This document shows, in pieces, positions 19,901 through 28,018 of a stretch of DNA of 64,000 bases. Origin of the DNA: Candidatus Omnitrophota bacterium (GTDB lineage Bacteria; Omnitrophota; Gorgyraeia; Zapsychrales; Zapsychraceae); NCBI GenBank assembly GCA_023247445.1, contig JAHFGL010000002.1:64553-128552 (forward strand). Direction: 5' to 3'. The position numbers and the translations under genes were made by a program. The notes below the pieces were generated by a model. It did not search any database, was not told the origin of the DNA, and saw only the letters and a list, made by a program, of their open reading frames with translations. Each line of letters opens with the position of its first letter. Position 1 is the stretch's first letter.

Positions 19901-20324
19901 TTCAATGTCGGAAGGCGCTGGATATAATTTTGACGCGATGGTCGTTAATGATCAACTAATCATTATCAATATGGGCGATACGCCAATTACCATTAAACTT
20001 GATGAAGCACTGGTGACAAAAAAGGCGGAGTATGGTGGTATCGACATGAATCCGATGATTCTAGAGCGTGAGGTTCAAAAGAATGGTCACGGCGTGATTA
20101 TTCCGATGCCGACCGGCCCGATGCCGGATATGCGTAATATCGAAGGTTTTGTGCCAAGTATTATTAACATCGCGCCAGTTACCAACTTGCCGCTTCTATT
20201 AGGAATTGTAACGCCTAATCAAGCTCCGGTCTCATCTGGTTCTGATACAAATTCCCCCGCAGGTGACTTAGGGTTTTATGACAAGTCAAAATTTTCAAGA
20301 GAAATCGAATTGACTAACATCTAA
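13911..20324 (+). CDS. Giant secreted modular protein (2137 aa): N-terminal domain, DxAM-delimited cargo modules (HEXXH peptidase-like, lipoprotein-like, ComF-like phosphoribosyltransferase), GGID C-terminal tail
   Basis: Uninterrupted ORF; Sec signal ending SYA; internal SRRDF Tat-like signal; AHELFHE; GGGC lipobox-like; LIFDDNVTTKAT PRPP-binding loop; repeated D-x-A-M; YGGIDMNP. Confidence 0.85.
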   Translation: MQRLYIIEKSTKRLWTRFISAFVVFAFSINVIIPPSYAQSTPTLLNLPAPGTMVMTTPIYHPALVKGLMIYPDNPLKFDFIIDKGDTKLSDEDFKKESTKLIKYFLASLTTPEKEMWVNLSPYEKDRIIPQGFGQTEMGRDMLAQDYLLKQLSASLMYPEGDLGKSFWDRVYKKAKEKFNTTDIPMNTFNKIWIVPEKALVYEHEKGAFVVKSHLKVMLEEDYLALEANKNSTKHGLGDVKREDLKVISGVQSQVVREVLIPEIEKEVNEGKTFANLRQIFNSVILASWYKQALKESLLGKFYVDKSKNKGIEVEDKQINQKIYDQYVAAFKKGVYDYIKEDYDPNTQQIIPRKYFSGGVVAAVGVDTTDANDKATSEAVADAVADLADPTQGATVTTTLGSVGSQITEGQDAITTFFAKPRSRRDFGRGSLLAAAVAAFGSGVLSRRASATETQQVTVKSDIVQWVNFEKEGIAVDPVVSQLMDRAKIQGQTVAIVRSLPAWKRLMNDWKADAGFPAPPFGVRTQIPGGRLALVLAYAPMMGNGEYDLLAHELFHEIIASRQEPQRGIVFSQAPLIINDFVGIIEQLPQKDAVAFEQLLKWIYEEYFTESERSKGGSYSIKYSIKGNGGRQAVSSVGAFAVDELMTFIWHWGQYGNLPGLQERFDKLTPDEKAYFKNVSGTDQRIRSFLNQSDQKTREVFRRYFEDTLHVPVPRLFQIEQDPAMLTGRSLLLGIALSGLLTVFGGGCSSMKNSPLTAAQQVQGIVDSGKEIKIISREDAKKEFGEFYNRALDVGKKITDEKYGQVINDANDLIATIDAKLAQGGYTTAKGSVDDFEGIKTALKYYKLTAATAILKANLGELNELASKALAGEFFAKAGDDLAKEGNGPASKEKYGEARESWKEVQGRIGGLINRLSVIEGENVIVAPGKGSAAPTTGPADTFVNQARDAQERARKGLEKIGDDEAMFSEKVGLELLPEIAAHMSDPNWRLIVGPEGLLKVTEVDLEKQTITVVREGNLGYFYVSRGGDNSTVKAQRGRPTTVTVNQYSNFALWGSRAGYEMTRNNAFRAFKNHRWVPHLFGLDAIYKRLVDSPKADSILEKVFIEVFPGPEPIGQKLKTLYDSISSKTVFRTEYNDKIKEIILQYYRQTGEDLIRAGVLESFLREDADQKVWPIFHRDGGTNAAAWPSIGNVPSDVDFYFREQMFNQGVNLLNKDEQADPIIGLNTYYPTYRNEHRSDEFSQRIIRAQTDFEEGRRLAQENASRLKDALVGQGIDIKDIDLIVPVPSFKPETSQVVPMTDELSKALNIPTNPAAFKKIRSTENQSTIRNLFERIINVVGAFEADSQALANKTVLIFDDNVTTKATLLELARVTMEAGAKRVILVALGKTIEKDRIAQDDAAMLTVDEKFITQFNVVRRQYLRAIRQGEPTHEIHDLAGMVIEYIKGIEILLEDKAAKGNLEAKVALDDFREIFNPIDDLRSPGGKDRIKTNEPEREAADREFIIEFQSNIRLKQVLRNIESKLLGEDIARAAGLDQKGQVMLERYVEILAALNNKSLTESIDRFERETDQDVLGLFNRTQPILFAILQDPLEKQAKTITSLDEFLRLSDEIRYQLNMNASRDFLSAAEIADVEADKKDLGWLRQRRFGLSQTQGKLRSKAGDSGRVTDNIEIIDASIVRLGGNLDDFAMLTNAVAIAQEALDRLKKETSKGLKPPLVILSIGDEETIADYELSFSNFRDRVKDVENLLSRLLLEIEKAPVTLVGNIQLLSDVDLDFSIMEESLEKIRDLTETLRGGEGRFNPVMVEHVANSISGEILFGRDQVNSSPAQLLRALRELIKCLEIKIVQKYEALPASEKMVFPKEAIREQLAQTRITFFIDDFMEKLNIPIRQKAELVRFFRELGLNEVEEETLPGTGLWENLYSNALFKPKLMPIVLHKKYPYYHDFVADPGYTVSVRDARGLEIISMKRNGTGQVTINNGEQLTARARPFRSPASDSMSEGAGYNFDAMVVNDQLIIINMGDTPITIKLDEALVTKKAEYGGIDMNPMILEREVQKNGHGVIIPMPTGPMPDMRNIEGFVPSIINIAPVTNLPLLLGIVTPNQAPVSSGSDTNSPAGDLGFYDKSKFSREIELTNI

Positions 20325-20416
20325 ATTAAATTGTTTAAGGCGAAGTACCTGTAAAGTTGACAATTGCCCATTTATCGGGTATATATTTTGCGTTAATCAC
20401 AAAAGGCATCTCAAAA

Positions 20417-21379
20417 ATGAAACCATTGTATCGAAATTTATTATGGGTCGGGATTCTTATCGGAGGCGTTGTTGTTTCTAAGTACGCCCACGAGCTAATT
20501 CTAATGGCCATTTATTTTACTAAGGAATACTTCTATTGGCCGCTTTTAGCGACGTTTAAGAAAACGATCTTTACGCCGCAATTTTATCTCTTCCTGGGAG
20601 CGATTTTACTTATCGAACGATTGTTTCCCGCCAATAAGAATCAAAAGATTCTTAGCACGAGCTTTTTTCAAGATATCATCTGGTTTTTTGTTGAAAGCAT
20701 AGGCCAGGCCTTTATTATCTCAACGTATGTTGCATTCTTGTTTAATTTTTATCATCAACATTTAAGCTTTTTGACGATTCAAAGTACCGCGCAAATTCCA
20801 GAGTGGGGAAGACTTATTATTGGAATTGTTCTATTGGATTTTCTTTATTGGCTGCAACATTTTATTAATCACAAAGTTCAATGGCTTTGGTTTTTTCATT
20901 CAATCCATCATTCACAAAAGGAAGTTAATGTTTTCACGGATTTTAGGTATCACACCTTGGAATATGTTATGAGAAATACAATTATTAGTATTCCATTTTA
21001 TATTTTGGGCATTAAATTACCTACGCTCATCTATTTTATTGTTTTTCAGATGTGGTTTACCCGATTCTATCATGGCAACATCAAGACTAATTTAGGATGG
21101 TTACGATATATTCTTGTTACGCCGCAATCGCATCGTGTTCATCATTCCATTGAGCGCCGCCATCAGGATAAGAATTTTGGTTCTATATTAAGTATCTGGG
21201 ATTTTATATTTGGTACTCAATATCGCGGGTATGATGAGTATCCAGTGACGGGTATTGAAGACGAACATTTTCCGCATGAAACCTCAAAGAATATTGTTAA
21301 TTTAATCCGCACACCGCTTCTGCAGCTCATTTATCCTTTCCGCCGAATTGCCAAGCAAGTTTTTAAATCAAAAGAATAA
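20417..21379 (+). CDS. Sterol desaturase / fatty acid hydroxylase family membrane protein
   Basis: His boxes QHFINH, FHSIHHS, FYHGN, HRVHHS; NFG...WDFIFGT; ATG 20417 preferred. Confidence 0.9.
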   Translation: MKPLYRNLLWVGILIGGVVVSKYAHELILMAIYFTKEYFYWPLLATFKKTIFTPQFYLFLGAILLIERLFPANKNQKILSTSFFQDIIWFFVESIGQAFIISTYVAFLFNFYHQHLSFLTIQSTAQIPEWGRLIIGIVLLDFLYWLQHFINHKVQWLWFFHSIHHSQKEVNVFTDFRYHTLEYVMRNTIISIPFYILGIKLPTLIYFIVFQMWFTRFYHGNIKTNLGWLRYILVTPQSHRVHHSIERRHQDKNFGSILSIWDFIFGTQYRGYDEYPVTGIEDEHFPHETSKNIVNLIRTPLLQLIYPFRRIAKQVFKSKE

Positions 21380-21419
21380 GTAGTTTTAAGAATGTAGTTT
21401 AGTCCATTTTTTTCAATTG

Positions 21420-21489
21420 CGTCATTCTGAGCGAAGCGAAGAATCCCAGTCGATCGAGATTCTTCGGCCCTTTGGGCCTCAGAATGACG
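21420..21489. repeat. REP-like palindrome, GTCAT(T/C)CTGAG class
   Basis: cgtcattctgag cgaagcgaagaatc ... gattcttcg gcccttt gggc ctcagaatgacg. Confidence 0.85.
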
Positions 21490-21630
21490 GAATACGATGA
21501 ACGACATTAGTCTTGCCGAACTTCTCTGGAGAATCGTTGAAGGCTCTTAAGCGAATAATAATATGCTTAAACTCCGTTCCTTATCTTAGATATTGCAAAT
21601 TTTGCATGGCGAAGGATATAATGTCCTCCT

Positions 21631-24600
21631 ATGAAGAGCTCCCCATCGAATGCGTTTTCATTCCCTGAAGTCAGAGTTGTTGAAGCCAGCGCCGGTTCCG
21701 GCAAAACTTTTGCCCTCGCCAAACGTTATATCCAACTTCTTCTTCACCCGTCTTTAACGGTTGACTCCATTCCGATGCGCTCGATTTTGGCAATTACCTT
21801 TACCAACAAAGCTGCCTTCGAGATGAAATCGCGTATTTTGGAATTCTTAAAGTGTATAGCGCTCAAGAAATTATCCGCCGCGCAAGACAATGAGATTCTA
21901 AAGCCGCTAGGGATTAGCCAAGAAGAGGCGAGTGGCAAGGCCTTTCAAATCATGGAGGTCTTGATCCATCATTACAATTTCTTTCAGGTTCAAACTATCG
22001 ACAAATTTATTAACGCGCTTCTTTCCGGATGTGCTTTTAAAATTGGATTAACCGCCAACTTTAAAATTAAAACGAATTCTTACGAATATCTCGAATACAG
22101 CTTGGATCAATTGATCGATCAGGCGGCCCACCACAAAGAATTATCTAAGATATTTCAATATTTTCTTCACAACTATTTGTATCTTGAAAATCGGACGGGC
22201 TGGTTCCCGAAAGAGGATATGCTTTCGATTATGCTGGCCCTTTTTCGTCATCACAATACTTATGGGCTGGATTTTAAGAAAAGTTCGTTGACTCCGGAAG
22301 ATTTGATTAAGAAAAAGAAATCAATCTTGGCGGAGATGAAGACACTACGTTCTATCTTGCCAGAATCGACAGATTTACGTTTTGTTAAGAGTTTTGATAA
22401 GTTCTTGGCGAACACATCAGGCACTTTCGATGTCGATAGTTTGTCAGATTATTTCTTACGCGAGGCGATTCCTATCAAGAAAGGAACAGAAGTTTCTGAT
22501 GAGGCTGACAAACTTTGGGTCAAGATACGAAGTGGAATCCAACAAGTTTGTGAAGAAGAGGCCTATTCACTTTTTAATCCGTATGTTCAGTTGTATTCGT
22601 ATGTCGCCACAAATTTTTATCAGCTTTCGGCCAAAGATGATGTGCTATTTTTGGAGGAATTAAATAAAAGGGCGAGCCGACTTTTTGATAATGAGTATGT
22701 AACGGTTGAAGAACTTTATTTTCGTCTGGCAACGCGTTTTCGTCATTACTTAATTGATGAGTTTCAAGACACCAGCCGCCTGCAGTGGCTTAACATTGAG
22801 AAAATGGCCGAAGAGGCGTTGGCCACCGGCGGATCACTCTTTTATGTGGGCGATCGTAAGCAGGCGATTTATGGATTCCGCGGTGGAGAAGTCACGCTTT
22901 TTGATCAACTTAAAACACAATTTGATGCCTTTAATATTAAAGTCGATTATCTGACCAACAATTGGCGCAGCCAGCGTGCGATTGTCGAATTTAATAATTC
23001 TATTTTCTCCCTCGATAATTTGAAACGATTTATTCGCGAAAAGGAAACCTATGAAGAAGAGAAAAATAAGCGCGGGATGATTGCCTTTAGTGATGACGAT
23101 TTTAACGCGCTGGCCGATATCTTTAAAGGCGCGCAGCAAACGTTTCAGCCGAAGTACAAAGATGGTTACGTCAAAATCGAATATATTGGCTTGGACAAAA
23201 AGGAAGATCGCGATGAAGAAATTCGCACGAAGGTCGTCAGCCTTGTGAAAGATTTACGCAATCGATTTTCTTATCGCGACATCGCAATCTTGACTCGCAG
23301 CAACCAGCAAATTGAGGATTTAACTAACTGGCTCTTGGCCGAAGGAATCTTGGTCGAGTCGGAACGTACCTCTAGCGTCAAAGAGAATCATCTGATTAAA
23401 GAATTGATTTCTTTCCTGAAGTTTTTAGATTCTCCTATCGACAATCTTTCGTTTGCCTCATTTATCCTGGGTGATATTTTCAAGAAGGCCTCGGGATTGT
23501 CAGAATCTGAATTACACACCTTTGTCTTTAAATCACGTGAGCACTTGGCCAATAACAAAGATGCTTATTTATACATGGCGTTTCGGCAGGCGTATCCAGA
23601 AGTTTGGGAGCGTTTGATTAATGAGTTTTTCAAAAATGTCGGACTGTATCCATTGTATGAACTGGTCATTAGCATTTATCATCGATTGAATTGTTTGATT
23701 AATTTTTCCGAGGCGCAAGGATTCTTGATGCACTTTCTTGAACTCATCAAAGAAGAGGAAGAAGATCACGGCGACATCACGTCATTTCTTGATTATTTTG
23801 AGCAGTTGGAGGGCGCCGATTTATTTGTTGCGGTGACCGATACGGATGCGGTCAAAATATTGACAGTTCACAAGGCGAAGGGTTTGGAATTTCCCATCGT
23901 TATAATTCCGTTTCTAGGAATGGACGTTCAGGTTGGGTCGCAGGGCGCGGATCAGCAGCAATCGTATATTGTTAAACGGGATAGTGCCGCCATTGAGCTC
24001 ATTCGTCTTAAGACTAAATATTTAAGCTTTTCAGAGGAGCTGTATCAAATTTATGCGGATGAATATAAGAAGGCGCTGCTTACGGAATTAAATAATGTTT
24101 ATGTCGCGTTAACCCGCGCGCAGTATGAGCTGTATGCTTTTATTCCCAAAAGAATTCAAAACAGTTTTAATCTGGTCAAGTTTCTTATCCCTGAAGATAA
24201 TTTTGAAGCGGGTGTGCAGCACACCTATGATATCAAGCTGTCAGCTGCTGATTCGATCAAGCAATTGCCGCCTTCGCAATATCATGATTGGATTGATTAT
24301 TTGAAGGATGAGTTTTTAGATTTAAACGAACTTAAGAATAGAGAAGAAAGGCGCCGGGGGGAAATTTTACATTTTATGTTATCGTTTGTGGGAAATCTGA
24401 AAGAGGCGAATAAGAAGGAAATCATCCATCGCGCCGCCCAAGAAGCAAAAACACATTTTGCTCAAACAGCTGACTTAACCGCGCATGTTAACTTATTAAA
24501 CCAGTTGTTGGATGAGCCTGCGCTCAAACAATTCTTTTATGTTGATGCGGATGTTAAGACCGAACAGGATGTGGTCAATGCTGTTGGACATCCCAAGCGA

Positions 24601-24789
24601 ATTGATCGGCTTATTATTAAAAAAGATGAAATTATCGTCGTTGATTACAAAAGTTCAGCCCATCCGCAAGATGTGTATCGGGATCAGGTCAAAGATTATT
24701 GTTTAATTGTCCGCGAGATGTATCCGAAGCATCGCGTGAAGGGATATTTGATTTATTTAGATAGTTTTAAGGTTGAAGAAGTTCTCTGA
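21631..24789 (+). CDS. addA: AddA/RecB-like helicase-nuclease subunit
   Basis: EASAGSGKT, ITFTNKAA, IDEFQDTS, VGDRKQAIYGFRGG, TVHKAKGLEF, YVALTRA; C-terminal PD-(D/E)xK nuclease RIDRL...VVDYKS. Confidence 0.85.
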   Translation: MKSSPSNAFSFPEVRVVEASAGSGKTFALAKRYIQLLLHPSLTVDSIPMRSILAITFTNKAAFEMKSRILEFLKCIALKKLSAAQDNEILKPLGISQEEASGKAFQIMEVLIHHYNFFQVQTIDKFINALLSGCAFKIGLTANFKIKTNSYEYLEYSLDQLIDQAAHHKELSKIFQYFLHNYLYLENRTGWFPKEDMLSIMLALFRHHNTYGLDFKKSSLTPEDLIKKKKSILAEMKTLRSILPESTDLRFVKSFDKFLANTSGTFDVDSLSDYFLREAIPIKKGTEVSDEADKLWVKIRSGIQQVCEEEAYSLFNPYVQLYSYVATNFYQLSAKDDVLFLEELNKRASRLFDNEYVTVEELYFRLATRFRHYLIDEFQDTSRLQWLNIEKMAEEALATGGSLFYVGDRKQAIYGFRGGEVTLFDQLKTQFDAFNIKVDYLTNNWRSQRAIVEFNNSIFSLDNLKRFIREKETYEEEKNKRGMIAFSDDDFNALADIFKGAQQTFQPKYKDGYVKIEYIGLDKKEDRDEEIRTKVVSLVKDLRNRFSYRDIAILTRSNQQIEDLTNWLLAEGILVESERTSSVKENHLIKELISFLKFLDSPIDNLSFASFILGDIFKKASGLSESELHTFVFKSREHLANNKDAYLYMAFRQAYPEVWERLINEFFKNVGLYPLYELVISIYHRLNCLINFSEAQGFLMHFLELIKEEEEDHGDITSFLDYFEQLEGADLFVAVTDTDAVKILTVHKAKGLEFPIVIIPFLGMDVQVGSQGADQQQSYIVKRDSAAIELIRLKTKYLSFSEELYQIYADEYKKALLTELNNVYVALTRAQYELYAFIPKRIQNSFNLVKFLIPEDNFEAGVQHTYDIKLSAADSIKQLPPSQYHDWIDYLKDEFLDLNELKNREERRRGEILHFMLSFVGNLKEANKKEIIHRAAQEAKTHFAQTADLTAHVNLLNQLLDEPALKQFFYVDADVKTEQDVVNAVGHPKRIDRLIIKKDEIIVVDYKSSAHPQDVYRDQVKDYCLIVREMYPKHRVKGYLIYLDSFKVEEVL

Positions 24790-24794
24790 GTTTT

Positions 24795-25212
24795 CGTCAT
24801 CCTGAGCGTAGCGAAGGATCCCAGAATATCTTAAATGCTTTGAGATTCTTCGCTGCGCTCAGAATGACGTCTTGAGGATATTTGTATATATGGATAAGCA
24901 ATCATATGTTTATATTTTATCTAACAAAAGCAACTCGGTTTTATACACCGGCGTTACGAGTGATCTAATAAAGAGAATTTATGAGCATAAGCATAAGTTG
25001 GCTGATGGATTCACAAAGAAATATAACGTAGATAAATTAGTATATTTTGAAGTTTTTGACGATATTGAACAGGCTATATTGCGGGAGAATCAAATTAAGG
25101 GATGGGTAAGAGTTAAGAAATTGGCCTTAATTGAATCGAAGAATTCGAATTGGAAAGATTTATATGGAAATATTTTATGAGATCCTTCGTCCCTTCGGGA
25201 CTCAGGATGACG
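24795..25212. mobile_element. Putative GIY-YIG/REP-palindrome element between addA and addB
   Basis: Left arm cgtcatcctgag..cgaaggatc (24795-24820), right arm copy 1 (24841-24869), nuclease gene, right arm copy 2 (25178-25212). Confidence 0.6.
24890..25180 (+). CDS. Small stand-alone GIY-YIG nuclease
   Basis: YVYIL...LYTGVT.DL.KRIYEH, FTKKYNV.KLVYFE, AI.RE.QIKGW.R.KK..LIE..N..WKDL; ATG 24890. Confidence 0.92.
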   Translation: MDKQSYVYILSNKSNSVLYTGVTSDLIKRIYEHKHKLADGFTKKYNVDKLVYFEVFDDIEQAILRENQIKGWVRVKKLALIESKNSNWKDLYGNIL

Positions 25213-25221
25213 GAGCGTAAA

Positions 25222-28017
25222 GTGAATAAAATTATCACTTACAGTTTTTGTGAACCGTTTATCGATCGCCTAGCCGATTATCTTGAAGAGAATTATATTA
25301 AAAAAGGTAAGGATCTTGGACGTGTGGCTATTGTCTTTGGCGGTAAGAGACCGAGTCTCTTTACAAAACGCGAGTTGGCTCGGCGCATCAAAAAGAGTTT
25401 TTATCCACCACGATTTTTTACGATCGATGAATTTGTGGGTTATACCATTCAAAAGAAAGAAGCCTTTAGCGCGCCGCAGGATTTGGACAGCTGCTATTTT
25501 TTATATCAGCTGATTTCAAAAGTTACGCCTGATCTTTTGAAAGGCCGAAACACCTTCGCGCAATTTCTGCCGTGGACACGCGAGATGTTATCATTTATCG
25601 ATCAGCTTGATTTAGAGATGATTGACGATGATGTTCTCAAAAATATTCAGATCAATGCCCAGATTGGTTACGCTGTTCCAACGGATATTAATCAAATGCT
25701 GCAAAGCATTATTAAGTTAAGAAATATTTATCATGATGAGCTTAAGGAAAAGAAGGTTTATACGCGCGGGTTTCAATATCTTCGTGCGGCGCAGGTTATT
25801 GATCAGGTTGATTTTAAAGAATTTGATGACATTTTGTTTTGTAACTTTTTTTATTTTCACCGAACAGAAGAGGCGATTGTAAAGAAACTCTACGATCAAG
25901 GCCAAGCGACATTAATTTTCCAGGGCGATCAACGTAAATGGCCGATTTTTACACGTATCGCTAAGAATTTTTCCTGCACGATCGAAGAGGGAAAGACCGT
26001 TGACATTCCGCAGTTTGACTTAAAATTATATCAAGGTGGTGACGTTCATGCCCAGGTCTGTCATGTCCGGGAAATTTTAAAAACAATTAAACATCTGGAT
26101 CGTACGGTCATCGTTCTTCCCAATCCTGATCATATCATCCCGCTTCTTTCTGAAATCACCGCCATTGCCAAAGATTTTAATATCTCGATGGGGTATCCAC
26201 TTAAGCGCAGCAGTCTTTATTCGCTGTTTGAATTTGTTTTTAAGACTCAGCTATCCCGACGTCAGCATGAATATTATGCGAAGGATTATTTAAAAGTTTT
26301 GCGTCATCCGTTTGTAAAAAATTTGAGTTTGGCGGAGAGTCCAACGATTACGCGAACTTTGATTCATAAGATTGAAGAAATTTTAACCGGCAAAGAACCG
26401 TCGGCTCTTTCTGGCCAACTCTTCTTTGAGTTGGAAGACATGGAAAGCTTAGATGAGCTTTTTATGTTAACACTCGAATCACTTGATCGATTGGGCATCA
26501 AAAGTAATCGCGATCAGTTACTTTTGATTTTGGAAGAGATTCATAATCTATTTTTCTTAGAATGGGAAAAGATTAATAATTTTGCCGTGTTTGCAGTTGT
26601 TTTAGAAAATTTTCTAGATGTTCTTATCGAAAAAAGCTTTCTCAAGAATTATCCATTGAATCTTAACATCGCGACGAAGATGTATGCGATTAAAGATGAA
26701 TTGGCGCAGACATCTTTTAAGGAAGAACATTTTTCCGCAGAAGAAATATTTAGAATCTTTGACGGAAAAATCAGCAGGGAAATGGTGGCCTTTGTTGGAT
26801 CTCCGCTACGAGGTTTGCAGGTCTTGGGTCTTTTTGAAACACGATCACTTAACTTTGAAAATGTTATTGTGCTCGATGTCAACGAAGGGACGTTACCAAA
26901 CTTGCGCATCTATGAACCGCTTATCCCGCGAGAAGTGATGATTAGCCTAAGTCTTGATCGATTGGAGCTGGAAGAAGAGATTCAGCGCTATCAATTCATG
27001 CGACTTATCTCGTCCGCAAAAAATGTACATTTAGTTTATCAACAGAGTAAAGATAAAGAACGAAGTCGATTTGTTGAAGAGCTTGTTTGGGAAAAGCAGA
27101 AGGAACTTAAGACATTAGATGTTCTGCCGATTGAACAGGCGAGTTTCGCTGTCCATGTTTCCTCGCAGAAAATAAGTGTTAAGAAGACAAAAGAAATGAC
27201 GGAATATCTAAGGCAAATTAAATATTCCGCGACGAGTATTAATACGTATCTGCGCAACCCTTTAGAATTTTATTACAAATATGTTTTGGGTTTGAAAGAA
27301 GAGGAAGACTTGTTAGATGAGCCGGAGGCGAGGCAAGTGGGGACGTTTGTCCATGAACTTTTGGAGGCAGCCTTTACACCGTTTTTAAAACGTAAACCGG
27401 AGATTAATGCTCACTTTCGCGAGCGATTTGCGCGGATGTTTGAAGAAAGATTTACAAACACCTTTGGCCGCAGCATGAAATCAGATTCATTTTTGTTAAA
27501 ATCCGTTTTAGTGGAACGGTTAAATCGATTTTTAGATAATGAACAATTTAATGAAGACCGCGCCGTTGAAGAAATTTTATATTTAGAGAATCATTTTGAA
27601 GATGTGGTTCCTCTTTCGTGCGGTGACATAAAGTTTCGTTATATCGTTGATCGCGTTGATCGTTTAAAAGACGGAACGATTGCGATCATTGACTATAAAA
27701 CAGGAAGCATTAATCAGATGCCCAAAGACATTAGTCGGATTTTGTCCACTTCCTCTTCGCGCGAATCGATTCGAGACAACGTTCGGTCTTTTCAAATTCC
27801 GCTTTATTTCTATTATCTCGACAAACAATATACAAATCAGCCCATCAATGCTGTTTTATATAATTTGAGAACTTTAGAGTTGCATCGTTTTATCGATGAT
27901 AAAATGACGTACAGCCGTGAGCAAATTAATAATGGATTTCTAAAGGCGTTAGATTTTATCATTACTGAAATCATAAACCCTGATGTGCCGTTTGTGGAAG
28001 ATCAACCACCCTATTAA
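25222..28017 (+). CDS. addB: AddB-like PD-(D/E)xK nuclease subunit
   Basis: IVFGGKRPSLF, LQVLGLFETRSLNF, YSATSINTYLRNPLEFYY, VDRVDR...IIDYKTG; GTG 25222 after ggag (ATG 25207 alternative). Confidence 0.8.
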   Translation: MNKIITYSFCEPFIDRLADYLEENYIKKGKDLGRVAIVFGGKRPSLFTKRELARRIKKSFYPPRFFTIDEFVGYTIQKKEAFSAPQDLDSCYFLYQLISKVTPDLLKGRNTFAQFLPWTREMLSFIDQLDLEMIDDDVLKNIQINAQIGYAVPTDINQMLQSIIKLRNIYHDELKEKKVYTRGFQYLRAAQVIDQVDFKEFDDILFCNFFYFHRTEEAIVKKLYDQGQATLIFQGDQRKWPIFTRIAKNFSCTIEEGKTVDIPQFDLKLYQGGDVHAQVCHVREILKTIKHLDRTVIVLPNPDHIIPLLSEITAIAKDFNISMGYPLKRSSLYSLFEFVFKTQLSRRQHEYYAKDYLKVLRHPFVKNLSLAESPTITRTLIHKIEEILTGKEPSALSGQLFFELEDMESLDELFMLTLESLDRLGIKSNRDQLLLILEEIHNLFFLEWEKINNFAVFAVVLENFLDVLIEKSFLKNYPLNLNIATKMYAIKDELAQTSFKEEHFSAEEIFRIFDGKISREMVAFVGSPLRGLQVLGLFETRSLNFENVIVLDVNEGTLPNLRIYEPLIPREVMISLSLDRLELEEEIQRYQFMRLISSAKNVHLVYQQSKDKERSRFVEELVWEKQKELKTLDVLPIEQASFAVHVSSQKISVKKTKEMTEYLRQIKYSATSINTYLRNPLEFYYKYVLGLKEEEDLLDEPEARQVGTFVHELLEAAFTPFLKRKPEINAHFRERFARMFEERFTNTFGRSMKSDSFLLKSVLVERLNRFLDNEQFNEDRAVEEILYLENHFEDVVPLSCGDIKFRYIVDRVDRLKDGTIAIIDYKTGSINQMPKDISRILSTSSSRESIRDNVRSFQIPLYFYYLDKQYTNQPINAVLYNLRTLELHRFIDDKMTYSREQINNGFLKALDFIITEIINPDVPFVEDQPPY

Positions 28018-28018
28018 G

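Noticed and set aside
13911-20324. Intein, RHS/RTX toxin or frameshift-fused genes as the explanation for the giant ORF
   Set aside because: No Hint C...HN motifs, YD or GGxGxD repeats; one clean frame with the same linker motif at each junction argues against accidental fusion
25150-25221. N-terminal extension of AddB from the ORF-track start
   Set aside because: It overlaps the GIY-YIG gene and translates the palindrome arm; GTG 25222 has a ggag SD
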